DNA from: Bacillales bacterium UBA4045
GTDB lineage: Bacteria; Bacillota; Bacilli; Paenibacillales; UBA4045
Assembly: GCA_002383695.1 (NCBI GenBank)
Contig: DFZX01000090.1
Span: 13,139-77,138 of the forward strand
DNA length: 64,000 bases
Direction of reading: 5' to 3'
A model generated the notes under the pieces. That model was not told the DNA's origin and searched no databases. It saw only the letters and a program-made list of their open reading frames with translations. How positions within the stretch are numbered: position 1 is the first letter of the stretch; each line of letters opens with the position of its first letter. Shown in pieces: positions 10,158-20,015 of the stretch. The position numbers and the translations under genes were made by a program.

Positions 10158-10555
10158 GTATCACTAAATGGTATCGGTGGTTACCAGCTTTGATATGGAT
10201 GACAGTCATTTTCTATTTATCACATCAGACGGGGAGCGATCTAAATTCCTATCTGCCCTGGGTTCAGCGATGGTTCCCTTGGCTGGAAAGCTTCGATGTA
10301 GGTCACTTCGTTTCTTATTTTGTTCTAGCGTGCTTGATCTGGTGGGCAATAGGCAGTCATCGGATGTCCATATCGTTTATTGTTGTAATCCTATGTGTTC
10401 TCTATGGGATATCAGATGAATATCATCAGTCATTTGTACCTGGCCGTTCACCCGACTTATTAGATATTCGCAATGATACAATCGGTGCGGTCTTAGCCAT
10501 GATCGTTGTAAGAGCGCCTGTTATTCGCAATCGTATGTTCATGTTCACTGAATAA
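10154..10555 (+). CDS. VanZ family membrane protein
   Basis: 133 aa, four hydrophobic segments, ISDEYHQSFVPGRSPDLLDIRNDTIG motif. ATGA-type overlap with the previous gene. Confidence 0.7.
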   Translation: MSITKWYRWLPALIWMTVIFYLSHQTGSDLNSYLPWVQRWFPWLESFDVGHFVSYFVLACLIWWAIGSHRMSISFIVVILCVLYGISDEYHQSFVPGRSPDLLDIRNDTIGAVLAMIVVRAPVIRNRMFMFTE

Positions 10556-10652
10556 ATTCCATAATCTACTAGGGTCTTTCACAGAGGATAATGCCTACAT
10601 GTCTCGAATTATACATTATCAAGTCAAATGTATGGTTTGAGGGAGTGGTTAG

Positions 10653-11060
10653 GTGTTAAAGAAATGTAGCTGTGGTCAACCAATGGATATTCGTCTTCGA
10701 ACGGTTATTTATTCCAAACATGTGGAAATAGATAATGTCCCTATCTACACATGCAGCAAGTGCTTTCACACAGAAATTCTTACAGGGGTTAAAGCTGATT
10801 TGGCATTATTGATTAGCAAGCTTGGCAGTCAACCTCAAATACAGAAAATTAATTTCAATGAGCTGAATGAGTGGGCATTCCTCATTGCCAAGGCCTCTGA
10901 TTTAGAACTCGTCCATATTCCTATACAATCCATTGTTGGTGAGCGAATTGACCAGCTTCTGGATTTGTTACTCCTATCGAGGTCCTTGAATGATGTAAAT
11001 TGGGAAAATGACTTAGTGGGTAGATTAACACAGCTTACTAGGCCGGTTTTGATGAATTAG
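10653..11060 (+). CDS. hypothetical protein with N-terminal CxxC...CxxC zinc-ribbon
   Basis: GTG start after GGGAG. CSCGQ...(27 aa)...CSKCFH. The rest is predicted helical. Confidence 0.5.
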   Translation: MLKKCSCGQPMDIRLRTVIYSKHVEIDNVPIYTCSKCFHTEILTGVKADLALLISKLGSQPQIQKINFNELNEWAFLIAKASDLELVHIPIQSIVGERIDQLLDLLLLSRSLNDVNWENDLVGRLTQLTRPVLMN

Positions 11061-11071
11061 CATGTATTTTT

Positions 11072-11103
11072 GCAGAAATCTCAAAAGATTTCTGCTTTTT
11101 TTC
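11072..11103 (+). terminator. Rho-independent terminator
   Basis: gcagaaatct/agatttctgc hairpin followed by a T-tract. Confidence 0.75.
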
Positions 11104-11184
11104 GAATATTAATGGGTATACATTGCGAAAATTGTTAAATTACAGTATCATAATTTATTATGTTGATATTGGGGAGAACTCATT

Positions 11185-12192
11185 GTGACTGTAACCATTT
11201 ATGATGTAGCAAGGGAAGCAAGTGTTTCGATGGCCACGGTTTCTCGTGTAGTCAATAACAATCCGAATGTAAAACCGCAGACGCGTAAGAAGGTATTCGA
11301 GGCAATTGAGAGACTTGGATATCGTCCGAATGCTGTAGCTAGAGGATTAGCAAGTAAGAAGACGACGACGGTTGGGGTAGTTATTCCTGACATCTCGAAT
11401 GCAATCTTTGCTGAAGTGGCTCGAGGTATTGAAGATATCGCGAATATGTATCACTATAATATTATTCTCTGTAATGCTGATAAGAAGAAGGATAAAGAGA
11501 TCCGAGTCATTAATACCTTGCTTGAGAAACAGGTAGACGGCTTACTCTTCATGGGTGGAGCAGTCACAGAAGATCATATTCAAGCGTTCAAAACCTCATC
11601 AGTGCCCATCGTGCTTTGTGCGACGACTGAAGAAGGCGATACATACCCATCCGTAGACATTGATCATATCGGAGCGGCGGAGGATGCAGTAAGTACTTTA
11701 ATCCAGAATGGACACCGTCATATCGCAATGATTAGTGGTACATTGCAGGATCCCTCTAATGGTTATGCTCGTTTTCAAGGATACAAGAATGCATTAGAGA
11801 AGGCAGGTATTTCCTTCAACGAGGATTTGGTTCGCATCGGAAATTATCGATATGAATCTGGTTTGGAGGTTACGCAGCATTTTCTGGATTTACAGGACAG
11901 GCCCACAGCGATATTCGCTGCGAATGACGAGATGGCAATCGGTGCTATCCACGCTATTCAGGATAAGGGACTAAGAGTACCTGAGGATGTTTCCATTATT
12001 AGTGTAGATAATGTTCGTATGGCGTCGATGGTGCGACCTCTGCTAAGCACAGTTGCTCAACCTATGTATGATATTGGAGCGGTATCCATGCGGCTATTAA
12101 CTAAATTAATGAAAAAAGAGACGGTAGCCAATTCCAGAGTGATACTACCCCATGAAGTCATACTAAGACAAACGGTGGCTCATATTGAATGA
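11185..12192 (+). CDS. ccpA: catabolite control protein A (LacI family)
   Basis: N-terminus [34 protein letters not shown] and overall similarity to Bacillus CcpA. Synteny with acuCA-acsA. Confidence 0.9.
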   Translation: MTVTIYDVAREASVSMATVSRVVNNNPNVKPQTRKKVFEAIERLGYRPNAVARGLASKKTTTVGVVIPDISNAIFAEVARGIEDIANMYHYNIILCNADKKKDKEIRVINTLLEKQVDGLLFMGGAVTEDHIQAFKTSSVPIVLCATTEEGDTYPSVDIDHIGAAEDAVSTLIQNGHRHIAMISGTLQDPSNGYARFQGYKNALEKAGISFNEDLVRIGNYRYESGLEVTQHFLDLQDRPTAIFAANDEMAIGAIHAIQDKGLRVPEDVSIISVDNVRMASMVRPLLSTVAQPMYDIGAVSMRLLTKLMKKETVANSRVILPHEVILRQTVAHIE

Positions 12193-12240
12193 GCCGCTTT
12201 TTTTTGCCAAAATTTACGGTGAAGGAGCAAGGGAACAGCA

Positions 12241-12954
12241 ATGATTTATACAAAGATAGGTATTATAGGTGCAATGGCTGAGGAAGTATCACTTTTAGAA
12301 CAAGATATAAAACAGTCGACAATCGTAGTTCAGGCAGGTATGTCCTTCTACGAAGGGTTGTTATTCGATGTTCCTATTGTTCTTTGCAAATCCGGTGTAG
12401 GGAAGGTTAATGCAGCAGTATGCACACAGATACTAATTGATCGATTTGGTGTTGATTGTATCCTGTTTACTGGAGTTGCCGGTGCATTAAATCCTGAGCT
12501 AAACATAGGTGATATCGTAATTTCTACGGACTGTATGCAGCATGATATGGACGTTAGTGCACTGGGCTTTGAGCGAGGTGTGATACCTTATGCTGACACC
12601 TCGATTTTCACGGCTGATCTTGAGCTTGTAGAACGTGCTTATCAAGCTAGTAAGCAATTGTTTGGAGGTCGAATATTAAAGGGTAGAGTGTTGTCGGGCG
12701 ATCAATTTATTGCAGACCGCGATAAGGTGAAACAGCTTCATATTGAATTATCGGGCGCATGTACAGAGATGGAAGGTGCCGCTGTTGCTCAAGTATGTCA
12801 GATGAATCAAGTCCCATTCGTTGTCATCCGTTCGATGTCAGATAAGGCTGATGGTTCCGCGCATATCAATTTCTCAGAATTCACTCAGCTTGCTGCAGAT
12901 CATTCTTATCGTTTAGTCGCACATTTGGTGAAGGACTTAAGAGGGCAGATATAG
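12241..12954 (+). CDS. mtnN: 5'-methylthioadenosine/S-adenosylhomocysteine nucleosidase
   Basis: 237 aa with IGIIGAMAEE, FTGVAGAL, CTEMEGAAVAQV and VIRSMSDKAD motifs. Confidence 0.9.
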   Translation: MIYTKIGIIGAMAEEVSLLEQDIKQSTIVVQAGMSFYEGLLFDVPIVLCKSGVGKVNAAVCTQILIDRFGVDCILFTGVAGALNPELNIGDIVISTDCMQHDMDVSALGFERGVIPYADTSIFTADLELVERAYQASKQLFGGRILKGRVLSGDQFIADRDKVKQLHIELSGACTEMEGAAVAQVCQMNQVPFVVIRSMSDKADGSAHINFSEFTQLAADHSYRLVAHLVKDLRGQI

Positions 12955-14121
12955 CATAGATAATTGCTTGGTTTGTTCATTCTTCTCATTAATCTCTTGA
13001 AGCCTGGGAACGCCTTCCCAGGCTTTTATATCGTCCATCCAGGTTAAGGGTAATACTTCCGGACTATTAGCTTGCAGCTCAGACACCCATTGTTGTGGTA
13101 ATAGGATCGTAGAATCAGCGCGTAGCTGATCAATCAATGGATGATTATTCATCGTTAACCATAACAAGCTCCAAGCACGCGGAACGACTCTCCATATATC
13201 ATATCCACCACCACCTAGAGCCACCCATCGGCCATCACACCACATATCAGCTAAATGCTTGATTATTCTAGGCATTTCCAAATAAATATTCATGCTACAG
13301 TGCTGATGTGACAATGGATCATAATAATGAGCATCGCAGCCATGCTGACTTATAATGATATCGGGCTTAAAGAATGAGGTAACCTTGTGAATAGCTGCTT
13401 GAAAGCAATCTAACCAAGACTCATCCTCTGTATAGGGCTCCATCGGGAGGTTAAAGTTGTAGCCAAAACCATGCCCATCTCCACGTTCGCTAGCATAGCC
13501 GGTTCCGGGGAATAAATACTTACCTGTTTCGTGAATAGAGAATGTGCACACATGAGGATCTGTATAGAAGGTTTCCTGAACCCCATCTCCGTGATGGACA
13601 TCCGTATCGATGTAGAGCACGCGAGCACCGTCATACTTCTCATGGATGTGTGCGATGGCTACAGAGGCATCGTTATAGACACAGAAGCCTGCAGCTTTAT
13701 TGCGGAAAGCATGATGAAGCCCTCCAGCTAGGTGTAGTGCTCGTTTGCGCTCTCCAGACATAACTAGATCCGCAGCAGTCACTGAACCTGCCACAGTAGT
13801 CATTGTAGCCTCGTGCATCCCGTAGAAGAAAGGCGTGTCGCCTATGCCGAGCCCATATTGCTCTGCTCGTGAGACAGCTTGGGTTGAAGGCTTTGACGTA
13901 CTTAATGCTTTCACCATCGATACATATTCGGATGTATGTATGTTGAGAAGCGTTTGCTCATCAAGCTTGGTAGGCTTTATTAAGTCTGAAGGCGATAAGG
14001 CTTGTGTATGATATAAAAGCTGATGAGTATGAAGTAATCGTTGTTGATTGAAAGGATGAGAGTCGTGAAAGCGATATTGGAGTTCTGATGAATCATAGAT
14101 AAATCCTGCTTGTGAGCTCAT
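12937..14121 (-). CDS. acuC: acetoin utilization deacetylase AcuC (HDAC family)
   Basis: 394 aa with GGLHHA, DTDVHHGDGVQE and GGGGY motifs. Lies downstream of acuA. Confidence 0.9.
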   Translation of the reverse strand: MSSQAGFIYDSSELQYRFHDSHPFNQQRLLHTHQLLYHTQALSPSDLIKPTKLDEQTLLNIHTSEYVSMVKALSTSKPSTQAVSRAEQYGLGIGDTPFFYGMHEATMTTVAGSVTAADLVMSGERKRALHLAGGLHHAFRNKAAGFCVYNDASVAIAHIHEKYDGARVLYIDTDVHHGDGVQETFYTDPHVCTFSIHETGKYLFPGTGYASERGDGHGFGYNFNLPMEPYTEDESWLDCFQAAIHKVTSFFKPDIIISQHGCDAHYYDPLSHQHCSMNIYLEMPRIIKHLADMWCDGRWVALGGGGYDIWRVVPRAWSLLWLTMNNHPLIDQLRADSTILLPQQWVSELQANSPEVLPLTWMDDIKAWEGVPRLQEINEKNEQTKQLSMLYLPS

Positions 14122-14138
14122 GGCAAAGCTACCTCCTA

Positions 14139-14771
14139 TTAATACATGAATCTTTGGTGGAATCGAACACGATCGAAATGCTCAACATCGGAGAGAGGTA
14201 CATCTGGACCCACTCGTACCATCAGGCAGTTAGCGGGATGGGAGCAAATCTCTGGATCATCGGTTGCAAACCATACCATATCCACACATTTCATTAAATT
14301 TTCCATCATTTTGCGATAATCCCATACAGATAAACCGGTTCCATCCAAATCCCAGTGCCAATAATATTCCGTCGTGAATACGATGCAATTATCTAATTGC
14401 CCAGCGAGAAAAGCGAGTTTGATTAATCGTTTGCCTATACCAAAGCCCCGATAAGGGAGTGCAACCTCGATGGCACCCAATTCAATTAAATTATCCATTC
14501 CGGCTTCGTACCAACGCTCCATCTCATCAGGGTAATGGAACGTGACATATCCAACAATCACATCATCAATTACAGCAGCAATAATTCTACCCTCAGCAAG
14601 ATCAGCTATTTCTACCAAGGCATTATGCTGGTCTAATGGACGCCGAAAAGCATCTAAACCTGAGTGCATCGTATATTGATTTAATTGTTCTGATGGGAGA
14701 GGACCGGATATAATAATTTCAAATTCAGGCGTTGTTATCACTTCGGAGTGGAACCATTTTTTGTGCTCCAT
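14139..14771 (-). CDS. acuA: acetoin utilization protein AcuA (GNAT; acetylates AcsA)
   Basis: 210 aa, similar to Bacillus AcuA, divergent from acsA as in B. subtilis. Confidence 0.88.
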   Translation of the reverse strand: MEHKKWFHSEVITTPEFEIIISGPLPSEQLNQYTMHSGLDAFRRPLDQHNALVEIADLAEGRIIAAVIDDVIVGYVTFHYPDEMERWYEAGMDNLIELGAIEVALPYRGFGIGKRLIKLAFLAGQLDNCIVFTTEYYWHWDLDGTGLSVWDYRKMMENLMKCVDMVWFATDDPEICSHPANCLMVRVGPDVPLSDVEHFDRVRFHQRFMY

Positions 14772-14867
14772 TGAGAGGCTCCTTTACTTGAATAAGAGAT
14801 ATATTCTTATTGTAACGAATACACACGTAAAATAACAGACACTTACTCATAGTAGTACACGAAGTGG

Positions 14868-14903
14868 TGTGATATAATATACATGCTCATGTAAGCGTTT
14901 TTT
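14868..14903 (+). promoter_or_regulatory. candidate acsA promoter -10 (TATAAT 14873-14878) and cre-like CcpA site (ATGTAAGCGTTTTTT 14889-14903)
   Basis: TATAAT hexamer 60 nt upstream of the acsA start. The cre-like site has one mismatch to WTGNAANCGNWNNCW. B. subtilis acsA/acuA are known CcpA targets. Confidence 0.4.
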
Positions 14904-14937
14904 CTAATTCATCTACAGAGATTAGGGAGGGTTATAA

Positions 14938-16662
14938 GTGGAGGTTTCAAAACCAGAAATTATTGTAGCTACTGCGTCAGAACCCAATATGCCTAGCTAT
15001 GATCAAACTCGTGAAGATTTCAACTGGACGGATATTGAGAAGCAATTCAGCTGGTATACAACAGGTAAAGTTAATATGGCGTATGAGGCGATAGATCGTC
15101 ATACAGAAGGTGACAAGGGAAGTCGTGTTGCCCTCTATTACAGTGATCCAAACCGTGAAGAGCAATATACATATATCGAGATGAAGCAGCAATCCGCAAA
15201 GGTCGGCAACATCCTTCGACAATTAGGTATTGCTAAGGGAGATCGGGTATTCATCTTTATGCCAAGAACTCCAGAGCTTTATTTTGCTCTACTTGGAACG
15301 ATCAAGATCGGTGCTGTGGCGGGACCCTTATTCGAAGCCTTCATGGAGACAGCTGTAAAGGATCGATTGTTAGATAGCGGTGCTGTCGCTATCATTACAA
15401 CGCCAGCTTTATTAAGTCGAGTTCCTGTTCAGGATTTACCAGAATTGAAGCATGTTGTCCTAGTTGGTGAAGATATCGATGTTCAACCAGGACAAGTGGA
15501 TTTACAACGAGAAATGAAGACAGCATCGGACCAGCTCGACATTGAATGGGTAGATCGTGAAGACGGTCTATTGATCCATTATACTTCAGGCTCTACTGGA
15601 AAACCTAAGGGCATATTTCACGTTCATAATGCGATGATTCAGCAATACTACACAGGTCGAGTTGTATTAGATCTTCGACCCGATGATATCTATTGGTGTA
15701 CGGCAGATCCCGGTTGGGTAACAGGAACAGCCTATGGAATATTCGCACCTTGGCTCAATGGAGTAACGAATGTTGTGAGAGGCGGTCGCTTTAGCCCTCA
15801 GGATTGGTACTCAACACTTCAGAAGTACCATATTAATGTTTGGTATAGTGCTCCAACCGCATTCCGCATGCTCATGGGAGCAGGAGATGATAGTGTCTCT
15901 TCTTATGATTTGTCCTCCTTACGCCATGTTGTCAGTGTGGGTGAACCTCTAAATCCAGAGGTCATTCGTTGGGGGATGAAGGTATACAACCATCGCATTC
16001 ATGATACTTGGTGGATGACTGAAACAGGGGCACAGCTAATCTGTAACTATCCGAGCATGGATATTCGTCCCGGCTCAATGGGTCGTCCAATACCAGGCGT
16101 TGAGGCAGCTATTGTAGATGATCATGGTCAAGTGCTTCCTCCATACCGAATGGGTAACTTAGCCATTCGAACACCATGGCCTGCGATGATGCGTAAGGTT
16201 TGGAACAATCCTGCTAAGTTTGAGGAATATTATCGTCTAGAGGGATGGTACGTATCAGGAGACTCCGCTTATATGGATGAGGATGGTTACTTCTGGTTCC
16301 AAGGTAGAATCGATGATGTTATTAATACTTCTGGTGAGCGAGTAGGCCCATTTGAGGTTGAGAGTAAGCTTGTTGAGCATCCAGCAGTCGCTGAAGCGGG
16401 GGTTATTGGTAAGCCGGATCCTATACGTGGTGAGGTGATTAAAGCCTTCATCTCGCTAAGGGAAGGTTATACAGCATCAGACGAGCTTAAGCAGGACATT
16501 GCACGCTTCGTTAAGGAAGGTTTATCCGCACATGCAGCACCTAGAGAAATTGAATTTAAAGATAAGCTGCCAAAGACTCGAAGCGGTAAGATTATGAGAC
16601 GTGTACTGAAAGCCTGGGAATTAAATCTACCTACTGGTGACTTATCTACGATCGAAGATTAA
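14938..16662 (+). CDS. acsA: acetyl-CoA synthetase (AMP-forming)
   Basis: 574 aa, GTG start after GGGAGGG. Motifs YTSGSTGKPKG, WWMTETG, YVSGD and PKTRSGKIMRR. Confidence 0.92.
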   Translation: MEVSKPEIIVATASEPNMPSYDQTREDFNWTDIEKQFSWYTTGKVNMAYEAIDRHTEGDKGSRVALYYSDPNREEQYTYIEMKQQSAKVGNILRQLGIAKGDRVFIFMPRTPELYFALLGTIKIGAVAGPLFEAFMETAVKDRLLDSGAVAIITTPALLSRVPVQDLPELKHVVLVGEDIDVQPGQVDLQREMKTASDQLDIEWVDREDGLLIHYTSGSTGKPKGIFHVHNAMIQQYYTGRVVLDLRPDDIYWCTADPGWVTGTAYGIFAPWLNGVTNVVRGGRFSPQDWYSTLQKYHINVWYSAPTAFRMLMGAGDDSVSSYDLSSLRHVVSVGEPLNPEVIRWGMKVYNHRIHDTWWMTETGAQLICNYPSMDIRPGSMGRPIPGVEAAIVDDHGQVLPPYRMGNLAIRTPWPAMMRKVWNNPAKFEEYYRLEGWYVSGDSAYMDEDGYFWFQGRIDDVINTSGERVGPFEVESKLVEHPAVAEAGVIGKPDPIRGEVIKAFISLREGYTASDELKQDIARFVKEGLSAHAAPREIEFKDKLPKTRSGKIMRRVLKAWELNLPTGDLSTIED

Positions 16663-16680
16663 TTCCATGAACTAACAAAC

Positions 16681-16729
16681 AAAGAGGCTGCAACAGAGTA
16701 GGTTGACTACTTTCTGAAACAGCCTCTTT
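16681..16729. terminator. shared hairpin terminator between convergent acsA and PBP genes
   Basis: aaagaggctg ... cagcctcttt, a 10-bp stem with A/T runs on both sides. Confidence 0.6.
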
Positions 16730-16774
16730 AATATCGCCTGAAGTCATACGAATTTGAGTTTGTAATATCCTAAA

Positions 16775-19700
16775 CTATTGAGTTTTCATCTCAACTGCGG
16801 CTGTTGGTGCAGATTCACCACTGTTGTTCGATGCTGTAATCCGATACCAGCCATCAGATGGTAAAGAGATATACTCGAATCGATTTTTATCTGTTGATCC
16901 AATGAATTGATAAGTACCATCGGATGCTCCACTATAGAACACATTGTATCGAATAACACTATCTGTTTGGGAATTTGAGTTCCATGCCAATACAATACCA
17001 ATTGCACTATCTCTAACGTTTACTGATAAACCAGTAGGGGTTAGAGGTACTGTTGGTTCGGGAGTAGGCTCACCCTCATTCTCATCCTCCTCTGTATCTT
17101 CATCCCCAATGATAGGCTTAACCCCTCCACTGGTAGTAGGGACCATATTCTGTTCTGCCAATGAACCAGTGCTGTATACAACTTGGCTAGGTACGGATTC
17201 ATTACCCGCCACATCCACACTGGTAATATAGAACGAATCACTTCTGTCGATGGCCTGAATGTTGAATGTTGAAGATTGTCCAGTCAATAAAACTGTTCCA
17301 GCCATTCTAGTAAAAGGCTGATAATTATTGGAACGGTAGATCCGATAACCAACAATATCCTCTTGTGCAGCTGGCGTAAAGCTGATGGCATAAACTGGAT
17401 TTACTGCGTTCTTCAGATTAGTCGGTGGTGGTGGAGTAGATCCGTCATCGACTCTTGGATCAGTCTCAGTTGGAGCATCCGAGCCCATATCCGTTGTGAA
17501 GTAGTCCTCGGGTGTCTTCTTACCGCCTGATTTAGTAGGCACAGATCGAGGGTACTTAGCAAAGGTACTCCGGATTTCATCAATAATTAACTTCATTGGT
17601 CTTTCGCGATTTACTAAAACTTTATTTTGAATGAAATCACTGGGTGTTGTGGATTGGGCAATGTAGTTAAATCCGTTATAGAAAACAACAGACATACTCG
17701 TTAGCATATCCTCTTCTTCAGTTGGTAGGAACTTCTTGTTAAATAGGTCAGTTGTTAGCAATTTCGCACTGTTTGTAAGACCATTAGGTATCTTACCAGA
17801 AACGCTGGAAATTGTTCTGCTCACAATATTCTCTGGCTTCTCGAATGGTTCAGAAGTGAACCATTCTGGCTTCTTATCTATGGCTGTATCCATGATAAGA
17901 GACCATAGTTCCTTAGAACGGTTCAGACCAGGTTTCGTTAATACGGCCGGTTGATCATACCCTGTCCACACACCTACTGAAACATCGGGAGAGTACCCAA
18001 CAAACCAGATATCGTGATTATTCTGAGTAGTACCTGTTTTACCGAATACAGGTACTTCCCCGTAGTGTTTAAATTTACTCTTAATTAATTTTGCGGTACC
18101 ATCGCTGATAACCGTACGGAGCATGTCGTTTATGAGATATGCGGTTTCCTCCGAATAGACAATTTCCGGGTTACTCTTATGCTGATAAATGATCTTACCA
18201 GAGGAGTCAACAATCTTCTCAATCATATAGGCATCGTTGAATATGCCTTTATTCGGAATACTTGTGTACGCATTTGTTACTTCTTCAACAGATACACCTT
18301 GAGTTAAACCGCCGATTACACCCGTTTGAGCAGAGTAATCTTGTTCTGTCAGGGAGGTTATTCCCATTCTTGATGCATAATCCCAAGCCGTATCGATACC
18401 AACTCCGCCATATTCGGACAGGAATAACTTAAGGGCTGGAATATTATAGGATTGATTCAAAGCATGACGGGCAGTTAGGAATCCGTGATATTTATTGTCG
18501 TGATTAACAGGAATATGAGCACCCTTACTACCATCCTTCAGAATGAGGGGTACATCATCAATGGGTGAGCCTGGTTGAATCAGCCCAGCTTCTAGAGCAG
18601 GGATGTAAGCAGAAATAGGCTTTAAGGCTGAACCAGGTTGTCTTACCATCTGTGTCGCATGGTTCAATTGCTCTGTGTAGAAGTCTCGACCTTCAATCAT
18701 ACTTAAGATCGCGCCAGTTGAATTATTAATCATGATTGCACCTGATTGCTCCATCCCTTTCTTGGGATCGTCCTTTGAGAAGTTCTCAGGATTCGCTGCA
18801 ATTTCTCTCATCGCATCATACATCGTCTTATCTATCGTCGTATAAACGGTATAACCGCTTCTATTCATTGCTTCAATCGCTTCTTTGAAGATATTAGAGT
18901 TTTTCTTTGATCTAATCTCTGAGGTGGTTAGTTTTGGATCCCTCATCATTAATAGAGCCTCAGCAGCCCGCTGTTCAGCTTCTATCATTAGATAAGGATA
19001 CGTTGTATAGGCTTTTTCTTTAGTCGGTGCTAATGAACCTCTAACATTATAAGCTATGGCTTCATCATATTCCTGTTGACTAATATTGTTGTACTTGAGC
19101 ATCTGAGATAGAACGACCTTCTGTCGAATCATTGCTTTATTGAATCCATCTTCATCTACAGTACCCCTACTAGTGAAGGCGGAATATTCACTTGGTGCTT
19201 TTAAGAGACCAGCTAAGTAAGCAGATTGAGCAATATTCAATTTATAGAGGTCATCGACGTCGAATAACCCTTTGGCTGCGGCTTTGATACCATAGGCGTT
19301 ATATCCACTAGAGCCATTTCCAAAAGGCATCTTATTCAGATAAGCCAGCAGAATATCTTCCTTATCCATCATTCGTTCGATTCGCAATGCTAAGAACATT
19401 TCTTTGAATTTACGGCTATCCGTTTGCTCTAAGCTTAAGAATACCCGTCGAGCTAATTGCTGTGTAATGGTACTTCCACCTGTTTGCTGATCTTCATTCA
19501 GGAACTTCTGCTTCGTAGCACGAAGGGTTCCGATTGGATCAACTCCATAATGTTCCTTAAATCGATTATCCTCTACGGATATAAAAGCATATTGTAGATA
19601 ATCGGGGATTTCCTTGATCGAGTTTGCAAGCCTACGATCTTCATCGGTACGTAATTGTCCGATTTGTGTTGTACCATCAGCAAAGTATACGAAGCCGGTT

Positions 19701-19915
19701 AGTGCATTCTCGTTAACCTGCTTGAGAATATCTGCAGCATCTCTAATGGGTTCATCCTTCACTAAAGCAGTTATGTATCCAAGAATAGTACCCCCAATAA
19801 GAAAACCACCAATGAAAATAAATGCCATAATCCATTTAACCAATGTCATTGATATGAACAAGGTCTTTTTTGCAATTATAATTGCTTTTTGTTTGTTAGT
19901 GAATTTTCCAGACAT
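16775..19915 (-). CDS. class A penicillin-binding protein (PBP1A family) with two C-terminal FN3-like domains
   Basis: Start MSGKFTNKQK after AAGGAGGA. Glycosyltransferase motifs EDNRFKEHYGVD, GGSTITQQL and RKFKE. Transpeptidase motifs SALKP, SYN and KTGTT. Two FN3-like repeats are separated by an acidic/proline linker. Confidence 0.9.
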   Translation of the reverse strand: MSGKFTNKQKAIIIAKKTLFISMTLVKWIMAFIFIGGFLIGGTILGYITALVKDEPIRDAADILKQVNENALTGFVYFADGTTQIGQLRTDEDRRLANSIKEIPDYLQYAFISVEDNRFKEHYGVDPIGTLRATKQKFLNEDQQTGGSTITQQLARRVFLSLEQTDSRKFKEMFLALRIERMMDKEDILLAYLNKMPFGNGSSGYNAYGIKAAAKGLFDVDDLYKLNIAQSAYLAGLLKAPSEYSAFTSRGTVDEDGFNKAMIRQKVVLSQMLKYNNISQQEYDEAIAYNVRGSLAPTKEKAYTTYPYLMIEAEQRAAEALLMMRDPKLTTSEIRSKKNSNIFKEAIEAMNRSGYTVYTTIDKTMYDAMREIAANPENFSKDDPKKGMEQSGAIMINNSTGAILSMIEGRDFYTEQLNHATQMVRQPGSALKPISAYIPALEAGLIQPGSPIDDVPLILKDGSKGAHIPVNHDNKYHGFLTARHALNQSYNIPALKLFLSEYGGVGIDTAWDYASRMGITSLTEQDYSAQTGVIGGLTQGVSVEEVTNAYTSIPNKGIFNDAYMIEKIVDSSGKIIYQHKSNPEIVYSEETAYLINDMLRTVISDGTAKLIKSKFKHYGEVPVFGKTGTTQNNHDIWFVGYSPDVSVGVWTGYDQPAVLTKPGLNRSKELWSLIMDTAIDKKPEWFTSEPFEKPENIVSRTISSVSGKIPNGLTNSAKLLTTDLFNKKFLPTEEEDMLTSMSVVFYNGFNYIAQSTTPSDFIQNKVLVNRERPMKLIIDEIRSTFAKYPRSVPTKSGGKKTPEDYFTTDMGSDAPTETDPRVDDGSTPPPPTNLKNAVNPVYAISFTPAAQEDIVGYRIYRSNNYQPFTRMAGTVLLTGQSSTFNIQAIDRSDSFYITSVDVAGNESVPSQVVYSTGSLAEQNMVPTTSGGVKPIIGDEDTEEDENEGEPTPEPTVPLTPTGLSVNVRDSAIGIVLAWNSNSQTDSVIRYNVFYSGASDGTYQFIGSTDKNRFEYISLPSDGWYRITASNNSGESAPTAAVEMKTQ

Positions 19916-19980
19916 CAATAAATCCTCCTTATAACCAGAACTATTATAGCATATCAAGTAAACCAAGCATAGGTTATGGT

Positions 19981-20009
19981 TTGACTAGGAATATCAATTA
20001 TGATATAAA
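19981..20009 (+). promoter_or_regulatory. sigma-A type promoter for the tyrS leader
   Basis: TTGACT, 17-nt spacer, TGaTATAAA (extended -10). Confidence 0.6.
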
Positions 20010-20015
20010 GTAGAT

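Noticed and set aside
14811-14823. Second cre site (TGTAACGAATACA) near the acuA promoter
   Set aside because: On either strand it needs at least two mismatches or a 1-nt register shift relative to WTGNAANCGNWNNCW.
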